A program made the translations under genes and the position numbers. Under the pieces are notes generated by a model, which was given only the letters and a program-made list of their open reading frames with translations, did not search any database and was not told the DNA's origin. 32,000 nt of DNA from Pseudomonas aeruginosa (lineage in GTDB: Bacteria; Pseudomonadota; Gammaproteobacteria; Pseudomonadales; Pseudomonadaceae), in contig NZ_LN831024.1 of assembly GCF_001457615.1 (NCBI RefSeq), positions 5,880,001 to 5,912,000 of the forward strand, read 5' to 3'. Positions 1 to 7,406 of the stretch are shown here, piece by piece (within the stretch, counting starts at the first letter, position 1; each line of letters begins with the position of its first letter).

Positions 1-177
1 GTGCTCGGCATCGAGCATGGCCACCACCATCACCGCACCGTAGCCCTGGCCCTTGCCGACCAGACGCTCGTAGGTGCGCTCGACGCCATTGCTGAAGCGC
101 AGTTGCAACTCCTCGACAGCGAACAGTCGGCTCTTCGCGACGATCTCGCTGGCGAGTACGGTGGGTTTCTGACGCAT
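1..177 (-). CDS. nudE: NUDIX ADP-compounds hydrolase NudE-like; only the N-terminal 59 codons, gene runs off the left edge
   Basis: My own reverse-strand translation from the ATG (complement of 175-177) gives MRQKPTVLASEIVAKSRLFAVEELQLRFSNGVERTYERLVGKGQGYGAVMVVAMLDAEH, open to position 1. It parallels the E. coli NudE N-terminus (QKPTILNVETVARSRLFTVESVDLEFSNGVRRVYERM). The track ORF 1..249(+) is its antisense shadow. Confidence 0.8.
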   Translation of the reverse strand, partial: MRQKPTVLASEIVAKSRLFAVEELQLRFSNGVERTYERLVGKGQGYGAVMVVAMLDAEH

Positions 178-302
178 GTGGATAACTCCTTGGCGAAGCC
201 GGCGGGTTATCATACCCCGGCTTTTCCGATTATCCCTGTCGGAGATTGATGGGAAGCGACAGATTTCCGCATCGATCGCGACGAACCGCGACAAGAGCCG
301 CC

Positions 303-968
303 ATGCCCACCCTGCCCTGGTCCGCCATCGACACCGTGCTGCTCGACATGGACGGCACCCTGCTCGACCTGCACTTCGACAACCACTTCTGGCTGGAACA
401 CCTGCCCCAGCGCTATGCCGAACGCAACGGCCTGAGTCGCACCGAAGCCGACGCCGTGCTCGAGCCGCTGTTCCGCGAACACGCCGGCCAGCTCAACTGG
501 TACTGCCTGGATTTCTGGAGCCGGGAACTGGACCTGTCGATCCGCGAACTCAAGCACGAGGTGGCGCACCTGATCTCGCTGCGTCCGCACGCCGATACCT
601 TCCTCGCCGCCCTGCGCCGGGCCGGCAAGCGCGTGGCGCTGATCACCAACGCGCACCGCGACTCGCTGTCGCTGAAGCTGGAACGGATCGAACTGGCGCC
701 CTATTTCGACCGACTGATCAGCTCCCACGACTACGGCTACCCGAAGGAGGACGCGCGCTTCTGGAGCGCCCTGCAAGCCGATTTCGGCTTCGACCCGCAG
801 CGCAGCCTGTTCATCGACGACAGCCTGCCGATCCTGCGCAGCGCCCGCGCCTATGGTGTCGCCCACCTGTTGGCGGTACGCCACCCGGACAGCCGTGGCC
901 AGGTCCGGGACACCGAGGAGTTCGCCGCCCAGGAGGACTACCGGCGGCTGCTCGAAGGACTGCCGTAG
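303..968 (+). CDS. yrfG: HAD-superfamily hydrolase, YrfG-like GMP/IMP nucleotidase
   Basis: Track ORF 246..968. I prefer the internal ATG at 303 (MPTLPWSAIDTVLLDMDGTLLDLHFDNHFW), which aligns with the E. coli YrfG N-terminus. It carries the HAD motif I DMDGT and the distal FIDDS motif. Divergent from nudE, as in E. coli. Confidence 0.85.
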   Translation: MPTLPWSAIDTVLLDMDGTLLDLHFDNHFWLEHLPQRYAERNGLSRTEADAVLEPLFREHAGQLNWYCLDFWSRELDLSIRELKHEVAHLISLRPHADTFLAALRRAGKRVALITNAHRDSLSLKLERIELAPYFDRLISSHDYGYPKEDARFWSALQADFGFDPQRSLFIDDSLPILRSARAYGVAHLLAVRHPDSRGQVRDTEEFAAQEDYRRLLEGLP

Positions 969-981
969 CCGCGGAAACGAA

Positions 982-1004
982 AACCCCGCCACGCGGGCGG
1001 GGTT
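982..1004. terminator. Hairpin between the convergent yrfG-like and kbp genes; better oriented as the kbp terminator
   Basis: aaccccgcc (982-990), loop acgcg, ggcggggtt (996-1004): a 9 bp stem. The A-rich tract upstream (gaaacgaaa) gives a U-rich tail on the minus strand. Confidence 0.65.
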
Positions 1005-1019
1005 GGCGAAACGCCGGGA

Positions 1020-1457
1020 TCACTCGGGAATGCGCAGGACCTGGCCGGGGTAGATCTTGTCCGGATGGCTGAGCATCGGCTTGTTGGCCTCGAAGATCTT
1101 CATGTAGGCGTTGGCATTGCCGTATTCGGCCTTGGCGATGGCGCTCAGGGTGTCGCCTTTCTTCACGGTGACGAAGCGCGCCTCCGGAGCGGCCTGGGCC
1201 ACGGTGATCTTGTCTTCCACCGAGGAGACGCCGGCGACGTTGCCCAGCGCCAGCAGGATCTTCTCTTTCTCCTCCTGGCTGGCCACCTCGCCCGAGGCGA
1301 TGACCTTGTCGCCTTCCACCGAAACCTGGATGTTCGGGTTGCCCAGGCCGACCTTGGCGACGTGCTCCTTCAGCGACTCGGCCGCCTGTGCCTCATGCCC
1401 CGTCAGCGTATCCCACAGCTTTTCACCGGCTTCCTTCACGAACGCGAAAATACCCAT
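1020..1457 (-). CDS. kbp: BON + LysM domain protein, Kbp/YgaU-like potassium-binding protein
   Basis: Track ORF 1020..1589, trimmed to the ATG at 1457 ([20 protein letters not shown]...), which has GGAGAA 7 nt upstream. It is near-colinear with E. coli Kbp (MGLFNFVKDAGEKLWD ... [34 protein letters not shown]). Confidence 0.9.
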   Translation of the reverse strand: [145 protein letters not shown]

Positions 1458-1630
1458 CTTTGGTTCTCCCTTTACGGTTACGGTTGCAAGCGGCCGGCGC
1501 AATCCCGATCCGCGACTAGCCAAGTCTAGACTGCAAAAACCGGCGAAATATCCCCAGGCTCCTTCGTCACCCCATAACACTGCGCCCATTCGCGTTAAGA
1601 TTCGGCGACACCCCCGCCACGGAAGCGCCG

Positions 1631-2512
1631 ATGGACATCAAGCAACTGAAATTCCTCTGCGCCCTCGACGAAACCCGCCACTTCGGCCAGGCCGCCGCGC
1701 GCTGCCACGTCACCCAGCCGACCCTGTCCATGCGCCTGCGCAGCCTGGAGGAAGAACTCGGCCTGGAACTGGTGCGACGCAGCCAGCGCTTCGAAGGCTT
1801 CACCGAGGCCGGCGAGCGCGTACTGGCCTGGGCACGCAGCCTGCTGGCGGCCCAGGAAGGGCTGTACGCGGAAGCCGCCGCCTGCCGCGGGCAACTGGTC
1901 GGGACCCTGCGCCTGGGCGTGGTGCCGCTGGCCAGCTTCGACCCGATGCGCCTGGTCCAGCACATGGCCGGGCGCCACCCGGAGTTGCGTTTCCAGCTCT
2001 ATTCCCTGAGTTCGGAACAGGTACTCGAAGGCCTGGCGCGCAACCAGTTCGATCTCGGCGTCTCTTATCTGGACCGTCTGGACCGCAGCCATTTCGAGGG
2101 CATCGAACTGGCGGAGACCCGCATGGGCCTGCTCCATCACCCCAGCCATTTCCCGCTCGACGCCGCGCTGCTGAACTGGGAAGCGCTGGCTGGCCTGCCG
2201 CTAGGCCTGCTCTCGGCGGGCATGCACTTCCGCCAATCCATCGACCACAACTTCCGCAGCCGCGGGTTGAGCCCCATCGCGCGCCTGGAAACCGACTCGG
2301 TACAGCAACTGCTGCAGGCGGTGCAGCGCGGCTTGTGCTGCGCGATCATGCCGCTGGGCAGCGAAGTCGACGGCGAGTTGCGCCTGATCCCCATCGAGGA
2401 CGCCCATACCCTGGCAGCGCTCGGTCTGATCATCCGCAGCGGACAGCCGCGCTCGGCGCTGGCCGAAGCCTGTTTCGAGGAAGCCCGGAACTGGTTGGCG
2501 CCGCAGTCTTGA
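1631..2512 (+). CDS. LysR-family transcriptional regulator
   Basis: 293 aa with an N-terminal wHTH (MDIKQLKFLCALDETRHFGQAAARCHVTQPTLSMRLRSLEEELG) and a LysR substrate-binding domain. Divergent from kbp and upstream of fdhD. Confidence 0.9.
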   Translation: MDIKQLKFLCALDETRHFGQAAARCHVTQPTLSMRLRSLEEELGLELVRRSQRFEGFTEAGERVLAWARSLLAAQEGLYAEAAACRGQLVGTLRLGVVPLASFDPMRLVQHMAGRHPELRFQLYSLSSEQVLEGLARNQFDLGVSYLDRLDRSHFEGIELAETRMGLLHHPSHFPLDAALLNWEALAGLPLGLLSAGMHFRQSIDHNFRSRGLSPIARLETDSVQQLLQAVQRGLCCAIMPLGSEVDGELRLIPIEDAHTLAALGLIIRSGQPRSALAEACFEEARNWLAPQS

Positions 2513-2608
2513 TAGATCACGTCGATCAGCGCATCGGCACAACCGATTAGACGCTGCCCCGCGTCAGGCCTAGGCTGGTGCCACACCTAGAACGATAGGG
2601 CCCAGCCC

Positions 2609-3448
2609 ATGCCTTGCCAGCCTGCATGCCCGGTATCCGCGGATACCTGGGCGCCTTCCGCCGTTCCCGACGATTACCGCTACGCCGACCTGCACCTGCC
2701 GCAGCAGGTCGGCCAGGCCTCCCTTGCCGCCGAGTGTGCCGTGGCGATCAGCTACAACGGACTGAACCAGGCGGTGATGATGGCCTCGCCCGAGGACATC
2801 GAGGATTTCGTCCGCGGTTTCAGCCTCAGCAGCGGCTTCGTGGAGTCCATCGACGACATCTATGAAATCCGCGTCAGCGGCCAAGGCGAATCCCTCCACG
2901 CCGAGGTCGAAATCAGCAGCCGCGCGTTCTGGAACCTCAAGCGCCAACGCCGGCAACTGGCCGGCACTTCCGGATGCGGCCTGTGCGGCGTCGAAGCCCT
3001 GGAGCAGGCCCTGCCGCAACTGCCGGAACGGTCGCCGCAGGCGCTGCCTCCCGCCGCCCATCTCGGCGCCCTGCGCCAGCGTATCGAGCAGGCCCAGCGA
3101 CTGGCGCGCCATAGCGGCGCCCTGCATGCCGCGCTGTATTTCGACGGGCATGGCGAGCTGCGCCTGTGTCGCGAGGACATCGGCCGCCACAACGCCCTCG
3201 ACAAGCTGATCGGCGCCCTGCACCGCCAAGGCCTCGACGCCGCGCGCGGTTTCGCCGTGGTCACCAGCCGCTGCAGCCTGGAGCTTATCCACAAGGCCGT
3301 ACGTGCTGGGATCGGCACCCTGGTCAGCCTCTCCGCACCCACCGCCCTGACCGTGCAATGGGCGCGCCGCCACCAACTGAACCTGATCCACCAGCCCCAT
3401 CACAACGCCCCGCGGGTCTACAGCCCGGCGCCGGCCGCAACCGAGTGA
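2609..3448 (+). CDS. fdhD: FdhD sulfurtransferase, formate dehydrogenase/molybdoenzyme accessory protein
   Basis: 279 aa. Shows the FdhD hallmarks: VAISYNGLNQAVMMASPEDIEDFVRGFSLSSGF, the Cys loop GTSGCGLCG, and GRHNALDKLIG. Its stop lies 7 nt before the next ATG. Confidence 0.9.
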   Translation: MPCQPACPVSADTWAPSAVPDDYRYADLHLPQQVGQASLAAECAVAISYNGLNQAVMMASPEDIEDFVRGFSLSSGFVESIDDIYEIRVSGQGESLHAEVEISSRAFWNLKRQRRQLAGTSGCGLCGVEALEQALPQLPERSPQALPPAAHLGALRQRIEQAQRLARHSGALHAALYFDGHGELRLCREDIGRHNALDKLIGALHRQGLDAARGFAVVTSRCSLELIHKAVRAGIGTLVSLSAPTALTVQWARRHQLNLIHQPHHNAPRVYSPAPAATE

Positions 3449-3455
3449 GTCCGCC

Positions 3456-5777
3456 ATGAGCCTGCAACCTCTCCAACCCCGCTACAAGCCCTATGCCGGC
3501 GCCGCCGCCGGCTGGGGCGCGCTGCGCAGCGTGGCGCACTTCTGGCTGGACAGCAAACAGCCGTTCAAGAACCTCCGCGCCCTGCTCAAGACCAACCAGA
3601 ACGGCGGTTTCGACTGCCCCGGCTGCGCCTGGGGCGACTCGCCGGAAGACGGCCGGGTGAAGTTCTGCGAGAACGGTGCCAAGGCAGTCAACTGGGAAGC
3701 CACCAAGCGCCGCGTCGACGCGGCGTTCTTCGCCCGCTACAGCGTCAGCGCCCTGCGCGAACAGAGCGACTACTGGCTGGAATACCAAGGCCGCCTCACC
3801 GGACCGATGCGCTACGACCCGCTCAGCGACCACTACCAGCCGATCACCTGGGACGCCGCCTTCGCCCTGGTCGCCGAGCACCTGCGACGCCTGGATAGCC
3901 CCGACCAGGCGGAGTTCTATACCTCCGGGCGGGCCAGCAACGAGGCGGCCTACCTCTACCAGTTGTTCGTCCGCGCGTTCGGCACAAACAACTTCCCCGA
4001 CTGCTCGAACATGTGCCACGAAGCCAGCGGCGTGGCACTGGGCCGCAGCGTCGGGGTCGGCAAGGGCAGCGTGACCTTCGACGACTTCGAACACGCCGAC
4101 GCGATCTTCATCCTTGGGCAGAACCCCGGCACCAACCACCCGCGCATGCTCGAGCCGCTGCGCGAGGCAGTGAAGCGCGGTGCCCAGGTGGTCTGCTTCA
4201 ACCCTCTCAAGGAGCGCGGCCTGGAGCGCTTCCAGCATCCGCAGAACGCGCTGGAAATGCTGACCAACGGGTCCTCGCCGCTGAACACCGCGTTCTTCCG
4301 TCCGGCACTGGGCGGCGACATGGCGGCGATCCGCGGGATCGCCAAGTTCCTCCTCGCCTGGGAGCGCGAAGCCCAGGCCGAGGGTAGCGAGCCGGTATTC
4401 GACCACGCCTTCATCGCCGAGCACACCGACGGCCTCGAGGCCTACCTGGCCGAACTGGATGCCACCCCCTGGGAACACCTGGAGCGCCAGTCCGGGCTGG
4501 GCCTGGCGGAAATCGAGCAGGCTGCGCGGATGTACCGGCGGGCGAACAGGGTCATCGTCTGCTGGGCGATGGGCATCACCCAGCACCACCATTCGGTGGC
4601 GATCATCCAGGAAATCGTCAACCTGCAACTCCTGCGCGGCAACCTGGGCCGCCCGGGCGCCGGTCTCTGCCCGGTCCGCGGCCACAGCAACGTTCAGGGC
4701 GACCGCACCATGGGCATCAACGAGCGGCCGCCGGCGGCGCTGCTCGACGCACTGGAACGGCGCTTCGGCTTCGAAGTGCCACGCCACAACGGGCACAACG
4801 CCGTCGAGGCGATCGCCGCGATGCTCGCCGGCAAGTCGAAGGTCTTCATCGGCCTGGGCGGCAATTTCGCCCAGGCCACCCCGGACAGTCCGCGCACCCA
4901 CGCCGCCCTGGCGTCATGCGACCTGACCGTGCACATCAGCACCAAGCTCAACCGCAGCCACCTGACCACCGGCCGCGACGCACTGATCCTGCCCTGCCTG
5001 GGGCGCACCGACATCGACCGCCAGGCCGAAGGCCCGCAGGCGGTCACGGTGGAAGACTCGTTCAGCATGATCCACGCATCCTACGGGCAACTGGAGCCGC
5101 TCTCGCAGCAGATGCGTTCGGAGCCGGCGATCATCGCCGGCATCGCCAAGGCAACCCTGGGCAACCATCCGGTGGACTGGGACGCGCTGATCGCCAACTA
5201 CGAGCGCATCCGCGAGCTGATCGCCGACACCATCCCCGGTTTCGCCGACTTCAACCGCCGCGTCCGCCATCCCGGTGGCTTCTACCTCGGCAACTCCGCC
5301 GGCGAACGACGCTGGAACACCGCCAGCGGCAAGGCCAACTTCGTCGCCAACCCGCTGCCCCGCGACCTGTTGCCGGCACAGGTGCGCGACAGCGGCCTCG
5401 AACCCGACCTGATCCTGCAGACCCTGCGCTCCCATGACCAGTACAACACCACCATCTACGGCCTGGACGATCGCTATCGCGGAGTGAAGGGCCAGCGCGA
5501 AGTGGTATTCGCCAACGAGGCGGATATCCGCCGCCTGGGCTACCAGCCGGGCGACAAGGTCGACCTGGTCTCGCTGTGGAGCGATGGCATCGAACGCCGG
5601 GTACGCCGCTTCACCCTGCTCGCCTTCGACATCCCGGCCGGCCAGGCAGCCGCCTACTACCCGGAAACCAATCCCCTGGTGCCGCTGGAGAGCGTCGGCG
5701 TCGGCAGCCATACGCCGACTTCGAAGTTCATCGCGGTACGCCTGGAAAAGGCCACGGGCGACGGGCGCATTATCTGA
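3456..5777 (+). CDS. FdhF/YdeP-family molybdopterin oxidoreductase (formate dehydrogenase alpha-like, single subunit)
   Basis: 773 aa. The N-terminus (GGFDCPGCAWGD ... FCENGAKAVNWE) and the NNFPDCSNMCHEASG motif are typical of the YdeP/Fdh-alpha-like family. Tightly coupled to fdhD. Confidence 0.85.
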   Translation: MSLQPLQPRYKPYAGAAAGWGALRSVAHFWLDSKQPFKNLRALLKTNQNGGFDCPGCAWGDSPEDGRVKFCENGAKAVNWEATKRRVDAAFFARYSVSALREQSDYWLEYQGRLTGPMRYDPLSDHYQPITWDAAFALVAEHLRRLDSPDQAEFYTSGRASNEAAYLYQLFVRAFGTNNFPDCSNMCHEASGVALGRSVGVGKGSVTFDDFEHADAIFILGQNPGTNHPRMLEPLREAVKRGAQVVCFNPLKERGLERFQHPQNALEMLTNGSSPLNTAFFRPALGGDMAAIRGIAKFLLAWEREAQAEGSEPVFDHAFIAEHTDGLEAYLAELDATPWEHLERQSGLGLAEIEQAARMYRRANRVIVCWAMGITQHHHSVAIIQEIVNLQLLRGNLGRPGAGLCPVRGHSNVQGDRTMGINERPPAALLDALERRFGFEVPRHNGHNAVEAIAAMLAGKSKVFIGLGGNFAQATPDSPRTHAALASCDLTVHISTKLNRSHLTTGRDALILPCLGRTDIDRQAEGPQAVTVEDSFSMIHASYGQLEPLSQQMRSEPAIIAGIAKATLGNHPVDWDALIANYERIRELIADTIPGFADFNRRVRHPGGFYLGNSAGERRWNTASGKANFVANPLPRDLLPAQVRDSGLEPDLILQTLRSHDQYNTTIYGLDDRYRGVKGQREVVFANEADIRRLGYQPGDKVDLVSLWSDGIERRVRRFTLLAFDIPAGQAAAYYPETNPLVPLESVGVGSHTPTSKFIAVRLEKATGDGRII

Positions 5778-5789
5778 AGCCCATGAAAA

Positions 5790-5818
5790 ACGCCGCCTCC
5801 TGCAACAGGAGGCGGCGT
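5790..5818. terminator. 13 bp GC-rich hairpin just after the oxidoreductase stop; polarity ambiguous
   Basis: acgccgcctcctg (5790-5802), loop caa, caggaggcggcgt (5806-5818). The plus-strand tail is cttaagg (poor U-tract). The minus-strand tail is TTTTTC, from gaaaaa at 5784-5789. Confidence 0.55.
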
Positions 5819-6086
5819 CTTAAGGAAAAAGTCGATGAAAGGCCTTGAAGGCAGGCCGCTCGTCGGCGTTAGAATGGCCAGCATCCCGCCAGCAAAAATA
5901 CCGATTTCGCCCCTGAAATCGCGCTTCACATTCGGTCTACGACCGCCTCTACTTAAGAAAGTTCCCCATACAAAACAAGTACTTGGAATATTTCGAATTT
6001 GCTCTACCAATCGTCGGCTGGCGCTTGTCAGCGGTTTGGGCCAACCCCAGCATCGCAGCCGTCATCCCCACAGAGAGAAACTCTCT

Positions 6087-6602
6087 ATGAAGTATTCCTC
6101 GATACTCCTGTTGTCCCTGAGTCTGGTCGGTAGTACCGCTTTCGCAGGCGACGACACCCGCGCGGCCATCGGCGGCGCCTTGGGCGGGGTGTTGGGTTCG
6201 GTCGTCGGCGATGCGGTCGGCGGCAGCACTGGCGCCGCGATCGGTAGTGGCATCGGTGGCGCTGCGGGCGGTGCAGTCGGCGCCGGACGCGGCAACAAGA
6301 CCGAAGCGGCGATCGGCGGCGGCCTCGGTGCCGCAGGCGGCAACGTCATCGGCCGGCAGATCGGTGGCAGCACCGGTGGCCTGATCGGCGCGGCCCTCGG
6401 CGGCGCCGGCGGCGGCGCGCTGGGCAACCATTATGGCGACGGCAACCGCCGCTACGACGACGATGACGACTACCGCGACCGTCGCTACTACCGCCGCGCC
6501 GGCTATCGCGATGGCTATTACCGGCATGACAACGGCCATCACTATGGCCAGTACAAGAAGTGGAAGCGCCACAAGCATCATCGTCGCTACTACGACGACT
6601 GA
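6087..6602 (+). CDS. Secreted glycine-zipper protein with a Tyr/Arg/Asp/His-rich C-terminal tail
   Basis: Track ORF 5835..6602, trimmed to the ATG at 6087. The signal peptide is MKYSSILLLSLSLVGSTAFA|GDD, with no lipobox Cys. About 100 aa of GxxxG repeats contain GGSTG(A/G)xIG twice. The last 58 aa are NHYGDGNRRYDDDDDYRDRRYYRRAGYRDGYYRHDNGHHYGQYKKWKRHKHHRRYYDD. Confidence 0.75.
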   Translation: MKYSSILLLSLSLVGSTAFAGDDTRAAIGGALGGVLGSVVGDAVGGSTGAAIGSGIGGAAGGAVGAGRGNKTEAAIGGGLGAAGGNVIGRQIGGSTGGLIGAALGGAGGGALGNHYGDGNRRYDDDDDYRDRRYYRRAGYRDGYYRHDNGHHYGQYKKWKRHKHHRRYYDD

Positions 6603-6622
6603 ACCCGCCGCTCCCTACGAGG

Positions 6623-6654
6623 CAAAGGCCGGGCCGGATGGTCCGGCCTTTGTG
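6623..6654 (+). terminator. Intrinsic terminator candidate after the first glycine-zipper gene
   Basis: caaaggccgg (6623-6632) pairs with ccggcctttg (6643-6652), and the 10 nt loop can pair further. Read with a shorter stem (ggccgg/ccggcc), the tail is TTTGTG. Confidence 0.55.
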
Positions 6655-6700
6655 CGAACGACCGTATTTCCCTCCCGATTGAAACGATGAGGCACGCACG

Positions 6701-7108
6701 ATGCGTAAATCTCTCCTGGTAATCGCGTTCGGCCTGCTGAGCGCACAAGCCGCGCTCGCCGGCGATTCCACCAAGACCGCGGTGGGCGGCGGCGTAGGCG
6801 GTGCCCTGGGCAACGTCGTGGGCGGCGCCATCGGCGGTAGCACCGGTGCGGCCATAGGCGCCGGCCTGGGTGGCGCGGCCGGCGGCGCGATGACCGCCAA
6901 GGACGGGCGCAAGACCGAAGCCGCCCTGGGTGGCGGGCTAGGCGCGGCCGGCGGTTCGGTGATCGGCAACAAGCTGGGCGGCAGCACCGGCGCGACCATA
7001 GGTGCAGGCCTCGGCGGCGCAGCGGGTGGCGCGGTCGGTAACAACCTGGGCAAGGACAACGACAGCGGTCACCGCGGCAAGAAACACCGCAAGCACAAGC
7101 ATCGTTGA
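6701..7108 (+). CDS. Secreted glycine-zipper protein, paralog of 6087..6602, with a His/Lys/Arg tail
   Basis: 135 aa. Signal peptide MRKSLLVIAFGLLSAQAALA|GDS. It has the same two-module Gly-zipper core (GGSTGAAIGAGLGGAAGGA ... KTEAALGGGLGAAGGSVIG ... GGSTGATIGAGLGGAAGGAVGN). The tail is GKDNDSGHRGKKHRKHKHR. GAGG lies 8 nt upstream of the ATG. Confidence 0.8.
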   Translation: MRKSLLVIAFGLLSAQAALAGDSTKTAVGGGVGGALGNVVGGAIGGSTGAAIGAGLGGAAGGAMTAKDGRKTEAALGGGLGAAGGSVIGNKLGGSTGATIGAGLGGAAGGAVGNNLGKDNDSGHRGKKHRKHKHR

Positions 7109-7136
7109 TCGGCATGCTTGCCGAAGCTGATGTGTA

Positions 7137-7161
7137 AAAGCCCCGCGAACGCGGGGCTTTT
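7137..7161. terminator. Bidirectional rho-independent terminator shared by the second Gly-zipper gene (+) and rsmN (-)
   Basis: aaaa-gccccgcg-aa-cgcggggc-tttt: an 8 bp GC stem (7140-7147 / 7150-7157) flanked by an A-run and a T-run. Confidence 0.8.
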
Positions 7162-7176
7162 ACTTTCTACCGTTCG

Positions 7177-7392
7177 TCAGCCTTTCGGTGCCGTTTTCAA
7201 CTCGTCGCGAACGATCAGGACGCCACGCGGCGCCTCGATCCCGACCCGGGCCTGGTTGCCGATGATATCGGTGACCAGGATCCGGATGCCGCCTTCGCGC
7301 AACTGCCGAATCAGTTCCTCCGCCGGGTAGTCGGCCTTGAGGGACAGGGTGATGCCTTCGCCTTCTCGGCGGGAGAGTATCAGGAAACCCAT
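7177..7392 (-). CDS. rsmN: CsrA/RsmA-family RNA-binding protein with permuted topology (RsmN, also called RsmF)
   Basis: 71 aa: MGFLILSRREGEGITLSLKADYPAEELIRQLREGGIRILVTDIIGNQARVGIEAPRGVLIVRDELKTAPKG. The N-terminus matches CsrA beta1-2 (MLILTRRVGE...). GNQARVGIEAP matches the CsrA GNQVRIGVNAP core. A helix-like insert (PAEELIRQLREGG) sits between them, and there is no C-terminal helix. AAGGA lies 8 nt upstream of the ATG. Confidence 0.9.
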   Translation of the reverse strand: MGFLILSRREGEGITLSLKADYPAEELIRQLREGGIRILVTDIIGNQARVGIEAPRGVLIVRDELKTAPKG

Positions 7393-7398
7393 GTTCCG

Positions 7399-7406
7399 CG
7401 TCCTTG
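7399..7406 (-). promoter_or_regulatory. Candidate RsmA/RsmN binding site overlapping the rsmN Shine-Dalgarno
   Basis: The minus strand reads CAAGGACG, matching the CAnGGAyG type consensus of CsrA/RsmA sites. The GGA is the SD core, 8 nt from the ATG. Confidence 0.5.

Noticed and set aside
1111-2550. A 479 aa plus-strand ORF spanning the kbp antisense region and the LysR gene out of frame
   Set aside because: Its Pro/Arg/Ala-rich translation has no motifs. It conflicts with two well-supported genes: kbp on the minus strand, and the LysR gene in another plus frame.
3324-4901. A 525 aa minus-strand ORF antisense to the molybdoenzyme gene, plus several 100-170 aa Arg/Pro-rich out-of-frame ORFs in the same area
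   Set aside because: Shadow and out-of-frame ORFs typical of 65% GC DNA. The plus-strand frame carries the conserved Mo-bisPGD oxidoreductase motifs.
5949-7059. Ala/Pro-rich minus-strand ORFs (5949..6581, 6062..6427, 6346..7059, 6615..7115) opposite the glycine-zipper genes
   Set aside because: They are the complement of GGC/GGT-rich Gly codons, giving Ala/Pro runs. They have no signal peptide or SD, whereas the plus-strand frames have signal peptides, SDs and terminators.
6100-7060. Periodic GGC/GGT-rich nucleotide repeats that at first glance look like a tandem or CRISPR-like array
   Set aside because: The periodicity is 3 nt and coding (GxxxG zippers). There are no constant-length repeat and spacer units, and no cas genes anywhere in the window.
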